Positions 37,501 through 49,934 of a DNA stretch of 64,000 nt are shown one piece after another; within the stretch, counting starts at the first letter, position 1; the number at the start of each line of letters is the position of its first letter. The translations under genes were made by a program, and so were the position numbers. Source of the stretch: Rotaria socialis (Eukaryota); NCBI GenBank assembly GCA_905331295.1, contig CAJNYD010000596.1, positions 67,345-131,344 on the forward strand. The letters are read 5' to 3'. The notes below the pieces were generated by a model. That model saw only the letters and a program-made list of their open reading frames with translations, was not told where the DNA came from and did no database searches.

Positions 37501-38271
37501 TGTTCCAATGGGAGTATCTTCTCGTAATTTAATTTCATATTGTTCATGTTCAAATTTCGGTACATTATCATTTGAATCAAGAATAAAAACATCTAAAGAC
37601 AATGCACCAATATGTTGACCGTCACTGGCTAAAATTTTCATTTTATAGAGATTTCGTCGTTCGCGATCGAGAGATTTTAATAAACGTAAGCCAAGTTGAT
37701 TTTCTGTCTGTAAATTAATAATAGAAAATGTTTCTAAAGTTTCCTGTTTATATGATATATCTAATGGTACAATACGGTATTCAAGACGATCTTGAAAATC
37801 TAAATCAGTTGCCGCCGGAAATGATGCAACATATCCGAGATCAGTATTTTCTGATAAACGAATTTGAAATGTCGATATGGGAAATAGGGGTTGATTATCA
37901 TTGACATTTTCAATAATAATATCTAATGATAAGATATCAATTTTTTTTGATGCAGATGCAATAATTTCCAATGTTAATAAACATCGTTCACAATTACATG
38001 TATGTGTTTGACATAGTTCTTCGCGATCAATCATACGTTTTATAGATATACGTCCAGTTAGAGAATCAACAATAAAAAATGAATTATGTGGACTTGAATC
38101 GTATAGGAAGGAAAATTTTATTAGATTTTTCGATGATGATGGATAAACACGTGTTAAATCGTAGATCGATGTACCAATAGAACTTTGCTCGTTTAATGAT
38201 ATCGATGGTAATCGTTGTATGGCCGTATGAATTGGTTTAATAAAAATTAATAGAAAAAAAATCGTCGACAT
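34593..38271 (-). CDS. Protocadherin with 7 EC repeats (delta-1-like), 2 coding exons (35665-38271, 34593-35105), 1039 aa
   Basis: Signal peptide MSTIFFLLIFIKPIHTA. DRE/DYE and DxNDNxP-type motifs, EC1 DREELC...C. TM IFIIIIVSSIFTLVISITMGIVCAVFC. Ectodomain in one large exon, then a phase-0 intron to a Ser-rich tail. Confidence 0.93.
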
Positions 38272-41200
38272 GGTCACATTAAATCTAAACCAAAAAAAAA
38301 TAAACGAACAAAATTTAAGAGAAAAATAAAAATGTAAATTTTTAATCGAATAATTAAATTTTCTTTCACTACTTAGCAATGAGATTGGATTGAATCGATA
38401 CGTACAAAAATAACCTGTGAGCTACATGCTCCTCCCAATTTTCGAATTAATGACCGATGGCTTAGAAGTGTGAACGCTCACCATCCATCGCGATGTCTTT
38501 CTTTCTCTCGTGTTCGCCGTTTGTAAACAAACTTGAGAACAAAGAAAAGGATGATGGATGTATATTGTGTACTACAACTACAAAGTAACTTCCTCTCCGG
38601 AAGAATAAATGTATGTGCATCTGAACCTTCCTGTACGTTCTCGAGCTACGAAGACAAAGTAAAGATTAAACGATGATGACGACATAGCCATGATTGATTC
38701 TTATTGTGTAGCCGTCAAATGTCGATAGTGACAAATGAAACGTCCAACAGTGTTAAACTTACTACATCGACAACAACAATGATTTTTGTAATCGGATCAA
38801 ATCAGCGACGGTGACAGTCTGACCACATATAGAACAAGTGAGACAGGCAGACAGTCGGTCTCAATTTTTTTAATTTTATTAAATAGATTATGTAAAAAAG
38901 AAAATCTCCCTATCCAAGAATAATGTCTTCATTTTATGCTGCAGAAATGGATCAAGGAGAATAGAGATATACATGCGCACACTACTCTAATTACGCGGAT
39001 AACTCAAATGCTAACAATAAGAAATCTGTCTATTCAATAATATCATATATATATATATATATACAGTTCATCGTATGATTAAGAATATTTGATGTGCTCA
39101 TGTAGACACAAATTCGATCGTGTCTAGGCGGGACGATGACGTTCGAATTATTAATTTCGAATCCTCTACATACATTCAATGTATACATACACTCACCACT
39201 AGTCAAATTAAAGTTCAGGGACAATATGACATACGTATATACATCGAGGATGAATTATTTTATTTTCACATGAGATACACCTTTCACGCCTAATTTGCAC
39301 ACACGTGATGAACGAATTGTGTGCGATGAATAATCTAAAACTAGTCTTACATGTGTGTATATATAGATGTATGAAGACAGACATACTTCCACTTCTAATT
39401 GAAATGTAAAAAATATGTATACGGATGATAATGATGTTTATCAAAAGAGTATGCGCTCAATGAATCGATTCAATTCCAATTAAATGATTGATATTTAGTG
39501 GATCGTTTGCATATCGTTCTGTTCTGTCTCTCTTAAATATTCTTGATCAAGATTAATAATTATTTTCGACTTGACTTAAGCTTAGACGTATACGTTTTTT
39601 CGGATGACGAAATCTGTCTGTGCGCATATACAAAAAAAAAAGAGAAGAAAGAATATAATAATGATAAAAATGATGGCAATTGTTGAGTCGATGTTTAAAC
39701 GAGCAGAAGAAGAAGAAAAAGAGGATGATGAGACGAATGAGTAAGCGAGCCAGTGAAACTTCCGGTTGAATGGTCCAACTCTACTGATAACACCCGTCTA
39801 CTATAACATGGATAAGACAAGAAAAAGATGAACACGAAGAAAAAAAAGAGATTTTGTTGAAATGTACATATAGAATGACCGTAGGCCGAAGTATGATTTT
39901 GACCTGATTATCAGTCTATCTCATCGTTTCTTTTATTCTTGTTTCACTGCCTCTAGCTAAAGCAAACAAACTAAAAGTAGACTCATTGAAATTATGCTGT
40001 TTCATCTTGCAAGTGCACGAAATAGTCATTCATCAATGTCAATACTCCATGGATAGCTCGAACTAATATTGATATTTTAATGATGTATGTATATTTCTTC
40101 AATTCTAGACAACAGCTGGTTACTTACGAGAATTTCTGTTTTTTTTTTCAAAGTCAATTTTGTTCTATGAATAAAGCAATTGTACAACGTACTTTGATAA
40201 TAGAAAGAGACTATAATGAAATAAGAAAAGAAATTTTTTTTACTTGCTTTTTATCATGCGATGATAGAAATGGTTTCTGACGGAAACATCCTCTTTTTTT
40301 TTCTTGCTCGCTTATTATTAATTTTTTTCTATAGGATTATGCAGTCAGATTGAAACAAATGGTACTGTCGGTAACGGATGCGTCAAAAGAAAGAGAGAAA
40401 AAAACGAGTACAAGCGATGAAATAGGAAGGCAAATGAAAGACAGTGACTGCATCTGACTCGTTTATTAATTTGACATTGAATTATCTTCTAAATTTCACT
40501 TTTCTTACATTATCAATGACACAGAAATGATATGAACAATGACAAGCAACTAATCGAATGACAATCATGTATTTTCTTCGGTTGAAATTTCTTTTTCTCC
40601 TTCTCTTTGTTTCGTTTATAATTATTCTCATATGTATTCAAACAGGTACCACACTACTGGTGTGACTATATGTGATGGAATACGAATCAAGCATCAATTT
40701 CGAAGGTCAAGTGAAAATAGAACACAGTAGGACCATAACCTTTTGAATCAACCAGTCGCGCTGGTCTACACACACACATATATATATATATTGACTTTGA
40801 ATCACTGAATGAACTGAAATACAAATTGGAGTGGACGATGAATAAGAGGGAGAGAGAGAGAATAAGACAAAGACAGATGAATAAATGAAAAACAAACTTG
40901 ATCAAGCTGTTCGTTCATACTGTAATTATCTGCATCTCATTCATGTATAAACAAGGTCATTCAATTGAAAACTAAACGTGACATAGGAGCTGAATAGAAA
41001 TCGTTTGTACTTCATAGAAAACAAAAGCTGGAAGTCTCTTGTGAAAAAATGATGCATGTTCATCAAAAACTATAACAATAATAAAATGTTGTCATTAGTA
41101 AAATGAGACGATTATAGCTCTGGCAAGCAATTTTTGATCTTTCTAATTGTCTTCCTGTTGTTTCCTATGATTATCTGCCTGTGTGATGCGACATTTATAT

Positions 41201-43860
41201 ATATATAGATGTGTGCAGGTGATGCATTCGTACGCCTATTCAATTTAAAAAATTTGCATTCTTTTCTTCCTTCTTTTTGTTTTATAATGCATGAACAGGC
41301 TGATTGTCAATTACTTTCTTTTCAACCAAATGATAATAATATATAGTTGGTCAATATGTCCGAGTGTGTTATTCCGGCTTCATAAAAGCTAACATCAATA
41401 TTGAGGTACTATTAGTAAATAAAGAGAACTAAAAAGTAATAGATAATATTGAAATGGAAGGAAATGTCTGCTAGCCTACATATTAACTGCAATGCTATGA
41501 GATGTATATAATAGCTAGATTTGGCCATCGACAATAGTCACTAGATTAGTTAATGTGGGGTAGTTGAAGTGTTGAATGACACGACGTTGTTCATAGAAGA
41601 GTAGTAGCAACTAGTAGACACATATTTTATTAATGATGATGACTACTCGCGGTAAAAAGAACGATGAGAAGTGAAACATGTCGATCGACATACCAGACAT
41701 GTGACTTCGAAAAGAAGAATGAATGAGCATAATCTACATACATGTACATGTAAAGAGTTATCTTTGAAGAGCTTCCGGTGATTGTGTTGTTCTTACTATG
41801 GCATGCATACTGAATGGAAGTCAGTTCCGCTCTACGAACTCAATTAGATATTTGTATGGCGGATCTATAATGGACTACATTTCCTTTTTTGAGTCTTTCT
41901 TTCTCTGCTTCCCTACTCGACCGCAACAGTTATCATTGAAACAAGGCCAAGTGGTCAATATTCTTTTTTTTTCGTTCTTACTTAACCTCCCAGCTTCCTC
42001 TCGTTATCCTCTAGCACCTGTCAACTGTGTACTAGGGAGGTTAAGTAAGAACGAAAAAAAAAGAATAGTATTGACTTTTCTTTTTAAAAAAAGAGAAATT
42101 CATTTTGTTCTTATCAAAACACATGTGCATGTATATGTTCTCGCGCTCAGCTTCTTCTACATATGATTTAACTTTGCTTTAACAATGCATGTGTTTTACA
42201 ATTCTCTTACTATTATTGATTAATGTTTTCAAATCAAATATATACATGTACATATGTATATAATATTCATACGTCTTAATAAATGTCAACTTTCACCTTT
42301 ATTCAATCGATCTCATAGAATAAAAAAAATAATCATATAGTAACTTATAACATGGTACTTACCTTCAGCCGTTTCTTTTTCGTGTAGACAGTCAAATAAT
42401 ATAAGAAAGTATGATGATGATCAGACATTCCGCCCAAAGTGGCATAGCTAATACTACTAATACATTTGTCCTTATATCCATTACTACTCCTTCCTTCTTG
42501 GTCAGTAAACTCACTATCGTAATTCTGACATTTTTCTGTTCTGCTTTTTTCTCACATCAAACTATCCTATATATATATATATATATATATGCGCCTAGAG
42601 TGAAGCACGACTTAAATGAGTTCTTCTCTCTTCTTTCTTCTCCCTGTCCAGTACATAGAACATACAAACAAACACATAAATTCTCATTTCCTATTGAGTA
42701 ACAAAAAAATGAAAGAAAGAAAAAGGAACTTCATCAATCCATTTTTAATAATAAAAAGAAACAGAAGAAAAAAGTAAAAATTGCTAACGGTGAACTATGA
42801 TCTAATTTAATCTATAGAAAATAGTCAAGCGATTATCGTTAATCAATAAACCTAATAATCATCAAGAGTTTCATTAGATTTAATAGTGTCACGTTGTTTT
42901 AATATCTGTCCCATGTGAAATTGTGCAATGAACGAATAATAGTTGACCTTCTGCAACTGCGTTGGAACTTACCCGATTTTCTTCTATCTTAAATACAATC
43001 ATTAAATTATACTATTGTGTATTTCAAAAAAATCTACGTTTGCATGTGTAACGTTAATCTGATCATAGTGGCAATAGATTAGAAGCGATTAGAAGCGAAA
43101 GAAAAAGAAAAATCGGCGCAGCACTTGATAAGAAAAACAAATGACCTTCTTCCTCGGTCGATGGACATCGTTTAAGAAAGAGAAGAAATGAATCACGATA
43201 TTTATCATCTTTGCTTCTCGTTTACGTCACAGATATAGAAATGATCATTGACCGGCAATGACCTTTTATATAAATATATATATATATATATCTATACTAG
43301 AGATTATTGCTTATGAAAATAAAAGCGAAAAATTAATCGTTCAAATACAATTAAATACTAGAAGAACTTATTAGCATACTATGTATATATTGGAGACATC
43401 ATCAACAGAAAATGTAACTAATCAATGAACAGTACGATAGCTTGCAAGGAAATAATATTGAACATAAAAGGGCAAATATTATCCTACACTATATTACTAT
43501 TATGTCTATAGATCGCTGTGTATATTTTTAACGTCTGATACGTAATAATAATAAAAAAATAGTCTTAATACCTGTTGACATCCGTGGCGATCAAAAGGAA
43601 TCATCCAACAAAAAGAACTAACATATCCTTTTGCATAACAACATCTGACAATGCAATAATTAGCGGTTATCTATAACGGCTAGCAATGCATCTGATGATT
43701 TGCACTTCACTTCGTCTCGATCATATGCTGCATTAGATTCAAACGTCTATATATATATATACGACTGAGTATAATACATTTAGCATGTATTACATAATTT
43801 TGTTTTTTATTGTTCAATCATCATCATCGAATCGCACTCAACGGCAGCGACAACTCATTG

Positions 43861-43896
<36 letters not shown>

Positions 43897-46800
43897 AAGA
43901 AAAGAAAAAGTGAGAGTGTATATTGACAGTTTTCTTTGTGATTATAATAATTAAACAGATCAATACTTTCTTCCGTTGTAAATATATATACATACAAGAG
44001 TGTTGGAAGCAGAATAAGATGTTATCAGGAACATACATTCATACATCATAGAAAAAGCTTATTTTAAATTCGCAACGCACGATACTCATTCGATACGTTG
44101 CTTACATAAGTGTCTGATGTTATTGGCAATACAATACGAAAGAATATTGAAGTTATATATGTAAAAGTCACTGACATATTCGTCCTATTATTACAAGAAA
44201 GGGAGAGAGAGAGAAACCGCAAACTTGAATACGTCTCAAGCATATTCTTTTTCATATAGAATTTAAGTTTTGAGCAGTCAAAATGAACATACATATACAA
44301 TAAAGATAAAATAAAAATTGAAATCAATCGTTTATTGACAGATATACAGTTTATGATGTTGAGTTCTAGACGAACTGTAACTAGTAAGTTAAGAGTACTC
44401 ATCGAAAAAAACATAAAAGTCATACGATGTGATTGAAGCGGAAACAAAGAAAATATATTATGTATTTCCTCCGGGATATGCTGTATTGATTGAATCTTTA
44501 AAAGAATAAGAAGAAAGACTAACATTATTTCTATTGATTCTCTTTGTTCTTCGGTTCTATTCATTGGCTATAACCTTCATCGATGTTTCCTTATGTTTTT
44601 CTTTGACTAGAACTCAAAATAATATTGAGTATAACCAAATTGTCAATGCATTCAACATAATCATTTTGTATTGTAAACCATATGTGGAATTTATGATAAT
44701 AATACAAATCATATTTATTAGTACGTGTTCTTACAAAAGCTCTTTATCATAAGCCGTCTTAGTTTTAATAGAAATTTATCGATATTACGTATGATGAGAT
44801 TAATAGACAGAATTAAAGAATCTCTTCATAGCATTTGAAAGAAACATAAAAAAGACGTTTCCATGAGTTTCGTTATGCATTATAAAAGATTACAAAGCTA
44901 AATTCGAAAACAATGAGCATTAGTACGGCCATAATTAGATTCATTTTTTAAGATTTACCATTGTTCAACTGAATTCATAATGAAAGTCCGATTAAACACA
45001 TTAGAAACATTTATGCAGCTACGTAATCTTTTTTTTTTACTTTGATACAGTAGGAAGAAAACTTGCAATCGCATGATCCAATTCGAAGGACATTTATTGT
45101 TAAATTTTCGCATTAGACATCAGCAATGGGAACTAAATTTACAAATGTGACCTTCTTTTAAGGTTTAAATTTAATCTTTAAATGTTATCCAAAAAGTTAA
45201 TTATAGATGAGAGGATTTTCTTTATTATCGATCAGTGTCATTTAAAAAAAACTAGGTTCGATGCACTCTCCTATCATTTTTTTTTTACTTCATATTCACG
45301 AGATTTTCTATTAGTTCCATATAGTAATAGGTTTTTAAAGCGGAATTGAAGACATATGCTTCAATGTTAATATTTGTAGTATTAGTTATTAATTACAAGG
45401 ATTACAAGTGTGAAAAAACTAAAATATTTGTTCTATGAATCGTCGCCCGCATGAACCAAACTGTTTTAAATAGATAGTTTTGCATAGATTAAATCAAACG
45501 ATTGATAAATGGCTCGGCCTTTAAATGGTCTACCTTTCAAGTTCACGGTCATGTCATATCATAATGCATAATCTGAATTTTACGGTCGGAAATCATGTCT
45601 TTTTTTGCCACAAATTTATAATAACAAATGAATAATAGTTTGTATACGCATTTTCTTAATCAAATAAGATAAACAAATGGTTGATTCTGCGATAAGAATG
45701 TTATTATTATAACGTGTGATATTAACCTTTTCGGGTCGGAGGTCGCATGTATACACGTTTCCGGTTCTGTGACAGTGAGATCTATCGATCCGTAAGACTT
45801 ATTGCTAATCTAATTGGCGTTGGTACAAAAGATATACACAAACGTTGTCCTATCCTTCGAAAGAGAACTGAATTCGCATAGGATGAGAACCATCCTTGTA
45901 GAAAAAAATGAAAATGAAAATCTATATCGGTCGTCCATAATCGAATCTATCATCATTATTTTAAAAAAAACCCATTGCATCTAAGGATTGAGTGGTGAAA
46001 AAAAAGGAATCAACTAACTTACTAGAGGTCAATTAAGACCATGCTTCGATAAAAAGTTCATTTGACAATCGTTTTAGGACAGCTAAATATAAATTTATTT
46101 GCATTTCGTGTCCTTGCTTGAGAAAATCAAGGCGATTTTAAGCCTTGTGATGATCGACATAACGGGAAATGGTGGAAATCTAAAAATAAATACTCGTTCA
46201 TTGTTTATAGGCGGCGAAAGTAATTTTTCATTTGATTAGATATTGATGAAAAGATATAGTGTGCCGTCATCTGAGCCAGTACAGCACATTAACTTACGCA
46301 TTGTTTTGCTCCGACTGCTTTTGTTTTTTTTACACTTGATAAATCGCCGCAGGCGAGAATCAATTATTAATTTATAGATAGATAGTTGTATCATATCATG
46401 CAAAATGTCTGTAAGATCAAACGTAGACGAATACAATAATTATTTTTCTTTTTTTTTATCAGGATTTAAAACAGTAATTGTCTCTCGTTCTACCAGGTAG
46501 TAACTTTTTGTGTTATGAAAGACGGTTCTCATGCAAACGAGATTTTACACGCTTAGCTTTTATTTTTCGTTTCAAAGCAAACTCTATGCACAAAATAAAG
46601 CTCATGTTCATTGTGCTCTCTCATTTGTTTATGGCTTTCAAGAACTTGATTCTATATTACCTAATGTTAATTGCTATGAGATTGAATAGGCAGAATATTT
46701 AGCGTTTACAAACCTCAACGCAGAGTATGAAATCAATATATTCTCTGTGCACATTTCGTTGATGAAATGCTATTGGCTGTTTCAATTTAACAAAGATGAA

Positions 46801-47296
46801 TGTTTTGGCGGTTTTGAGGATTTCATCTTCTAACACACCAATAGCTGACTACATACTCATGTCCTCAGGGAACTCAAATGTAATCTTTGTGAAAGGAATG
46901 CGGCCAGTAAAAAAAGATTAGAATTTATGAGGTATCTGTGATTCATATTGCATATAAGATTCGATGGATGAACGTGATGATGAAAGCAGGGAATTGCAGG
47001 TAATCAGGACTCAATTATCTAATGGAACCATTCAAATAACAATTATACTGTTTTTCTCTTTTGAGTACAGAGGCACACAATTACAAAAAAAAAATATTGC
47101 CATGTCATATTTTTTATGAAAACAAAAAGTCTCTAAGAGATTATCAGTGATATTAGAATGACTATTTTGAGACAACCATTATAGAATATAGAACGAATCT
47201 GGCTACGATGATGCTCAATGATGTAACAGAAATAAAATGCTACACAAAGTTAATTCTGGATGTGATCTTCATCTCTCCGGACTCTTTTGCCACAGT

Positions 47297-48688
47297 TCAC
47301 CGATATATTAACTTGCCATCTGCATGTGAATCCTTGTAAAACGATAAATGAGATGCACACTGAAGTAATTGCAACAATTGTGATGTACCTTCAGTGCAGT
47401 GACGATACGATTCGACTTCAAGTAAAGTCAACCGATCGAAGTTCGGAACCATCGACCAGAAATGATCAGTAACCGGAAATCTCACTGTAAGCGTTTTAAC
47501 TTTATTAAATATTAAATTAGTCAGTGGCGTGGAACTTGCATAGGTGAGATCATAAATTAAATTATGTACGCGATCACAAAACCATTGTTTATCCGTTTGA
47601 GGGCAGGTTGATTGCGAAAATGCTGCCGAATTAACATGAAATGTATTGAAAGCGTACGGCAGCGTATAGAAAAAAATAAGAGACACATCTTCATACCAAT
47701 CGTATTGAATAAATTGTTTTCTTTCATCAATCCAAAACGAACTTCGAAACGAATTGAATAAATTATCAATTTGCTCTTGTTCGTCAAGAAGAAATACGAT
47801 TTCAAATTCAAGACGTTCGAGTTTCGTTAAAGATTTTCGTATGATTTCCTCTAATTCACTTTCAATCATACCATACTGCATAGTTTGATCAGCGGTGGTG
47901 AACATTAATTCGCATAAATTTATCATTTTTGGTAAAAGACATACGATTCTTGAATATTCACATTCCAGTAATTTCAATCTTGTGATCATTTGAATAGATG
48001 AGGGTAATTCGAGGTTATACAGCAGGCATGAGTTCAACGCATCAAGCGATTCGAGACGAGGTGTGTGCTGAAAGATATCAGTCAATCGGCAGTATGCATC
48101 ATTTTCATGCCAAATATATATATGTCTTAGACTCGATGAGACCACGCTCGGTCCAATGGGACAGTCCACAGATTCATAGTGTCGAAACGCATGATTAATA
48201 TTGCAATGCGAAAGATTTGGTAGACTCCAAATGGTATTGATTAGAATCAGCGTATTTTCCTGGCGTATCGTTAAGTTGCAATACTCAAAAGACAAATGAG
48301 TTAGATTCGATAAATGCGGTAGGGCTACCGTGATTTCATTCAAAATATTATCATCAAGATAAAACAAAACAAGTGATGTCAATTGAACGAATTGGTGAAG
48401 TGTAAAATTATACGTATAGAGTTGAGCCAATTGTGCCCGCGTACCGATATGATCAATAAGGTGAACGTGATTAATCTTATTTATCATAGATGGAAGGTAG
48501 TGTTCACAAATTTTTTGAAAATTATTCATAGATAATGAACCGATTTCAAACGTACGTATTTTAAAATGGTAAATAACAAGTGATTTCAAACGAGAATTGA
48601 GCGAATGAAATGCTTGTAGCAATTCAGCCGTTGTCAGATATTCGAATAGGTCCAGGATGAGCTCATTTGCCAGTGCTTCTAATTTCAT
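47297..48688 (-). CDS. F-box-like/LRR protein (bdelloid-expanded type); C-terminus may be truncated
   Basis: MKLEALANELILDLFEYLTTAELLQAFHSLNSRL is F-box-like. LRRs include LPHLSNLTHLSF and IWSLPNLSHCNI. FRSSFWIDERK and FYTLPYAF motifs are present. Confidence 0.8.
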   Translation of the reverse strand: MKLEALANELILDLFEYLTTAELLQAFHSLNSRLKSLVIYHFKIRTFEIGSLSMNNFQKICEHYLPSMINKINHVHLIDHIGTRAQLAQLYTYNFTLHQFVQLTSLVLFYLDDNILNEITVALPHLSNLTHLSFEYCNLTIRQENTLILINTIWSLPNLSHCNINHAFRHYESVDCPIGPSVVSSSLRHIYIWHENDAYCRLTDIFQHTPRLESLDALNSCLLYNLELPSSIQMITRLKLLECEYSRIVCLLPKMINLCELMFTTADQTMQYGMIESELEEIIRKSLTKLERLEFEIVFLLDEQEQIDNLFNSFRSSFWIDERKQFIQYDWYEDVSLIFFYTLPYAFNTFHVNSAAFSQSTCPQTDKQWFCDRVHNLIYDLTYASSTPLTNLIFNKVKTLTVRFPVTDHFWSMVPNFDRLTLLEVESYRHCTEGTSQLLQLLQCASHLSFYKDSHADGKLIYR

Positions 48689-49934
48689 GTTTGATGAAGG
48701 ATTCTGTTTTTCAATTGTATTCGATAGACTAAATATTGTAGACAGAAAAGAAATTCGGATTATTTGTTCTCTTACTGCTTTCGATTCGCGCTCGTTGGGT
48801 TTCCCCACCTATTGTGTCACCTTTTCTTTGAGTTATTCTACAAGATTAACAAAATGTATCGAAACGATCTGTTGTGTTTTCGTGTTCTTCGATTAAAGTT
48901 GCCCGTATTGACATGATTTTCTTTCTGTGACAAATTTATTCGAGAATGGAATAGTTTGCTGAGATGTGACACTCATTTTTAAATCCACATAAATCAGAGA
49001 AAAAATACATTAACGACAAAAAACAGCAGTTGACAAACAATTGTTCAGTTCGATGCTTCACTCTTTTTATGTGCCTTTCAATCACGTGTATTTAACTTGT
49101 TTTGTATGTTATTACACAATCATGCATATTATTATCTCTAAAGTAAACATCGTCAATGATTTGCTCGCTGTACACCGATCGTGTTTTTACCCTATCATCT
49201 GAATTTGAAATGAAGAAGAACAACGTGTTGAATCATCGCTCCAACAGATATTAGTTGAAATGAAATCGAATAGCAGACGATTTTGGTTTCAAAACTGATA
49301 ACAATTCATCTGACTAAGTATTGAGATTAATTCTAAGCTTTTATCATTATATAATATGCTAGATTAATATTGAAACAAAATAGAAAGAAAAATTGATTCA
49401 TGTGCTACTATCCTTTTCTTCGTTCTGGATTTTTAAATATATACAAGACGCAATCGTAGATGTCATTAAGATACTCTATATAGGTGTTTGAGTTAAAGGC
49501 ACTCACTCTGGTATTGAAGACTTCGAATGAATTTTGAGTCAGACAATCAGTGTCCGAAAAATTAATTGATTTCAATTAGGAGTCTACCGATTCGAGAATC
49601 TCTCAAACATATCTCTCATCTTTCGGTATACAATATTTTGTTATGCTCAATTGCCAAGTGAAGAAACACTACTTGTAAAATATGAATTCAAATTCCTTTG
49701 CGTGGTCTCGCTAAAGTGTTTGACATCACTGTTAAATTGAAAGGTACATTTTTGTACCTAAAAGTACTTCTGTCAGCGAAATATTACTTTGAAAAAAAAA
49801 TTACTCGAAATACATGATTACGCATCTGTTTAATATTCTGATCGTGTTATCTTAGTTTTATGTAATGCATTTAACAGGATATTTTTCAATTTCGTGAAAT
49901 AATACAATTGTTTCTTTAGTAATTATATTCTCAT

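Noticed and set aside
38272..38379. First 36 codons of the 907-aa cadherin ORF
   Set aside because: TTG start in low-complexity sequence. ATG 38271 directly precedes the signal peptide.
45722..45765. piggyBac-like end (TTAA CCTTTT)
   Set aside because: No matching opposite end was found.
39030..46702. Numerous short ORFs, including the 166-aa ORF at 44064-44564
   Set aside because: Microsatellite- and AT-driven composition, with no motifs or splice support.
49727..49778. CACTG...CAGCG mini-element with an aggtaca/tgtacct hairpin
   Set aside because: The TIR is too short and degenerate, and there is no TSD.
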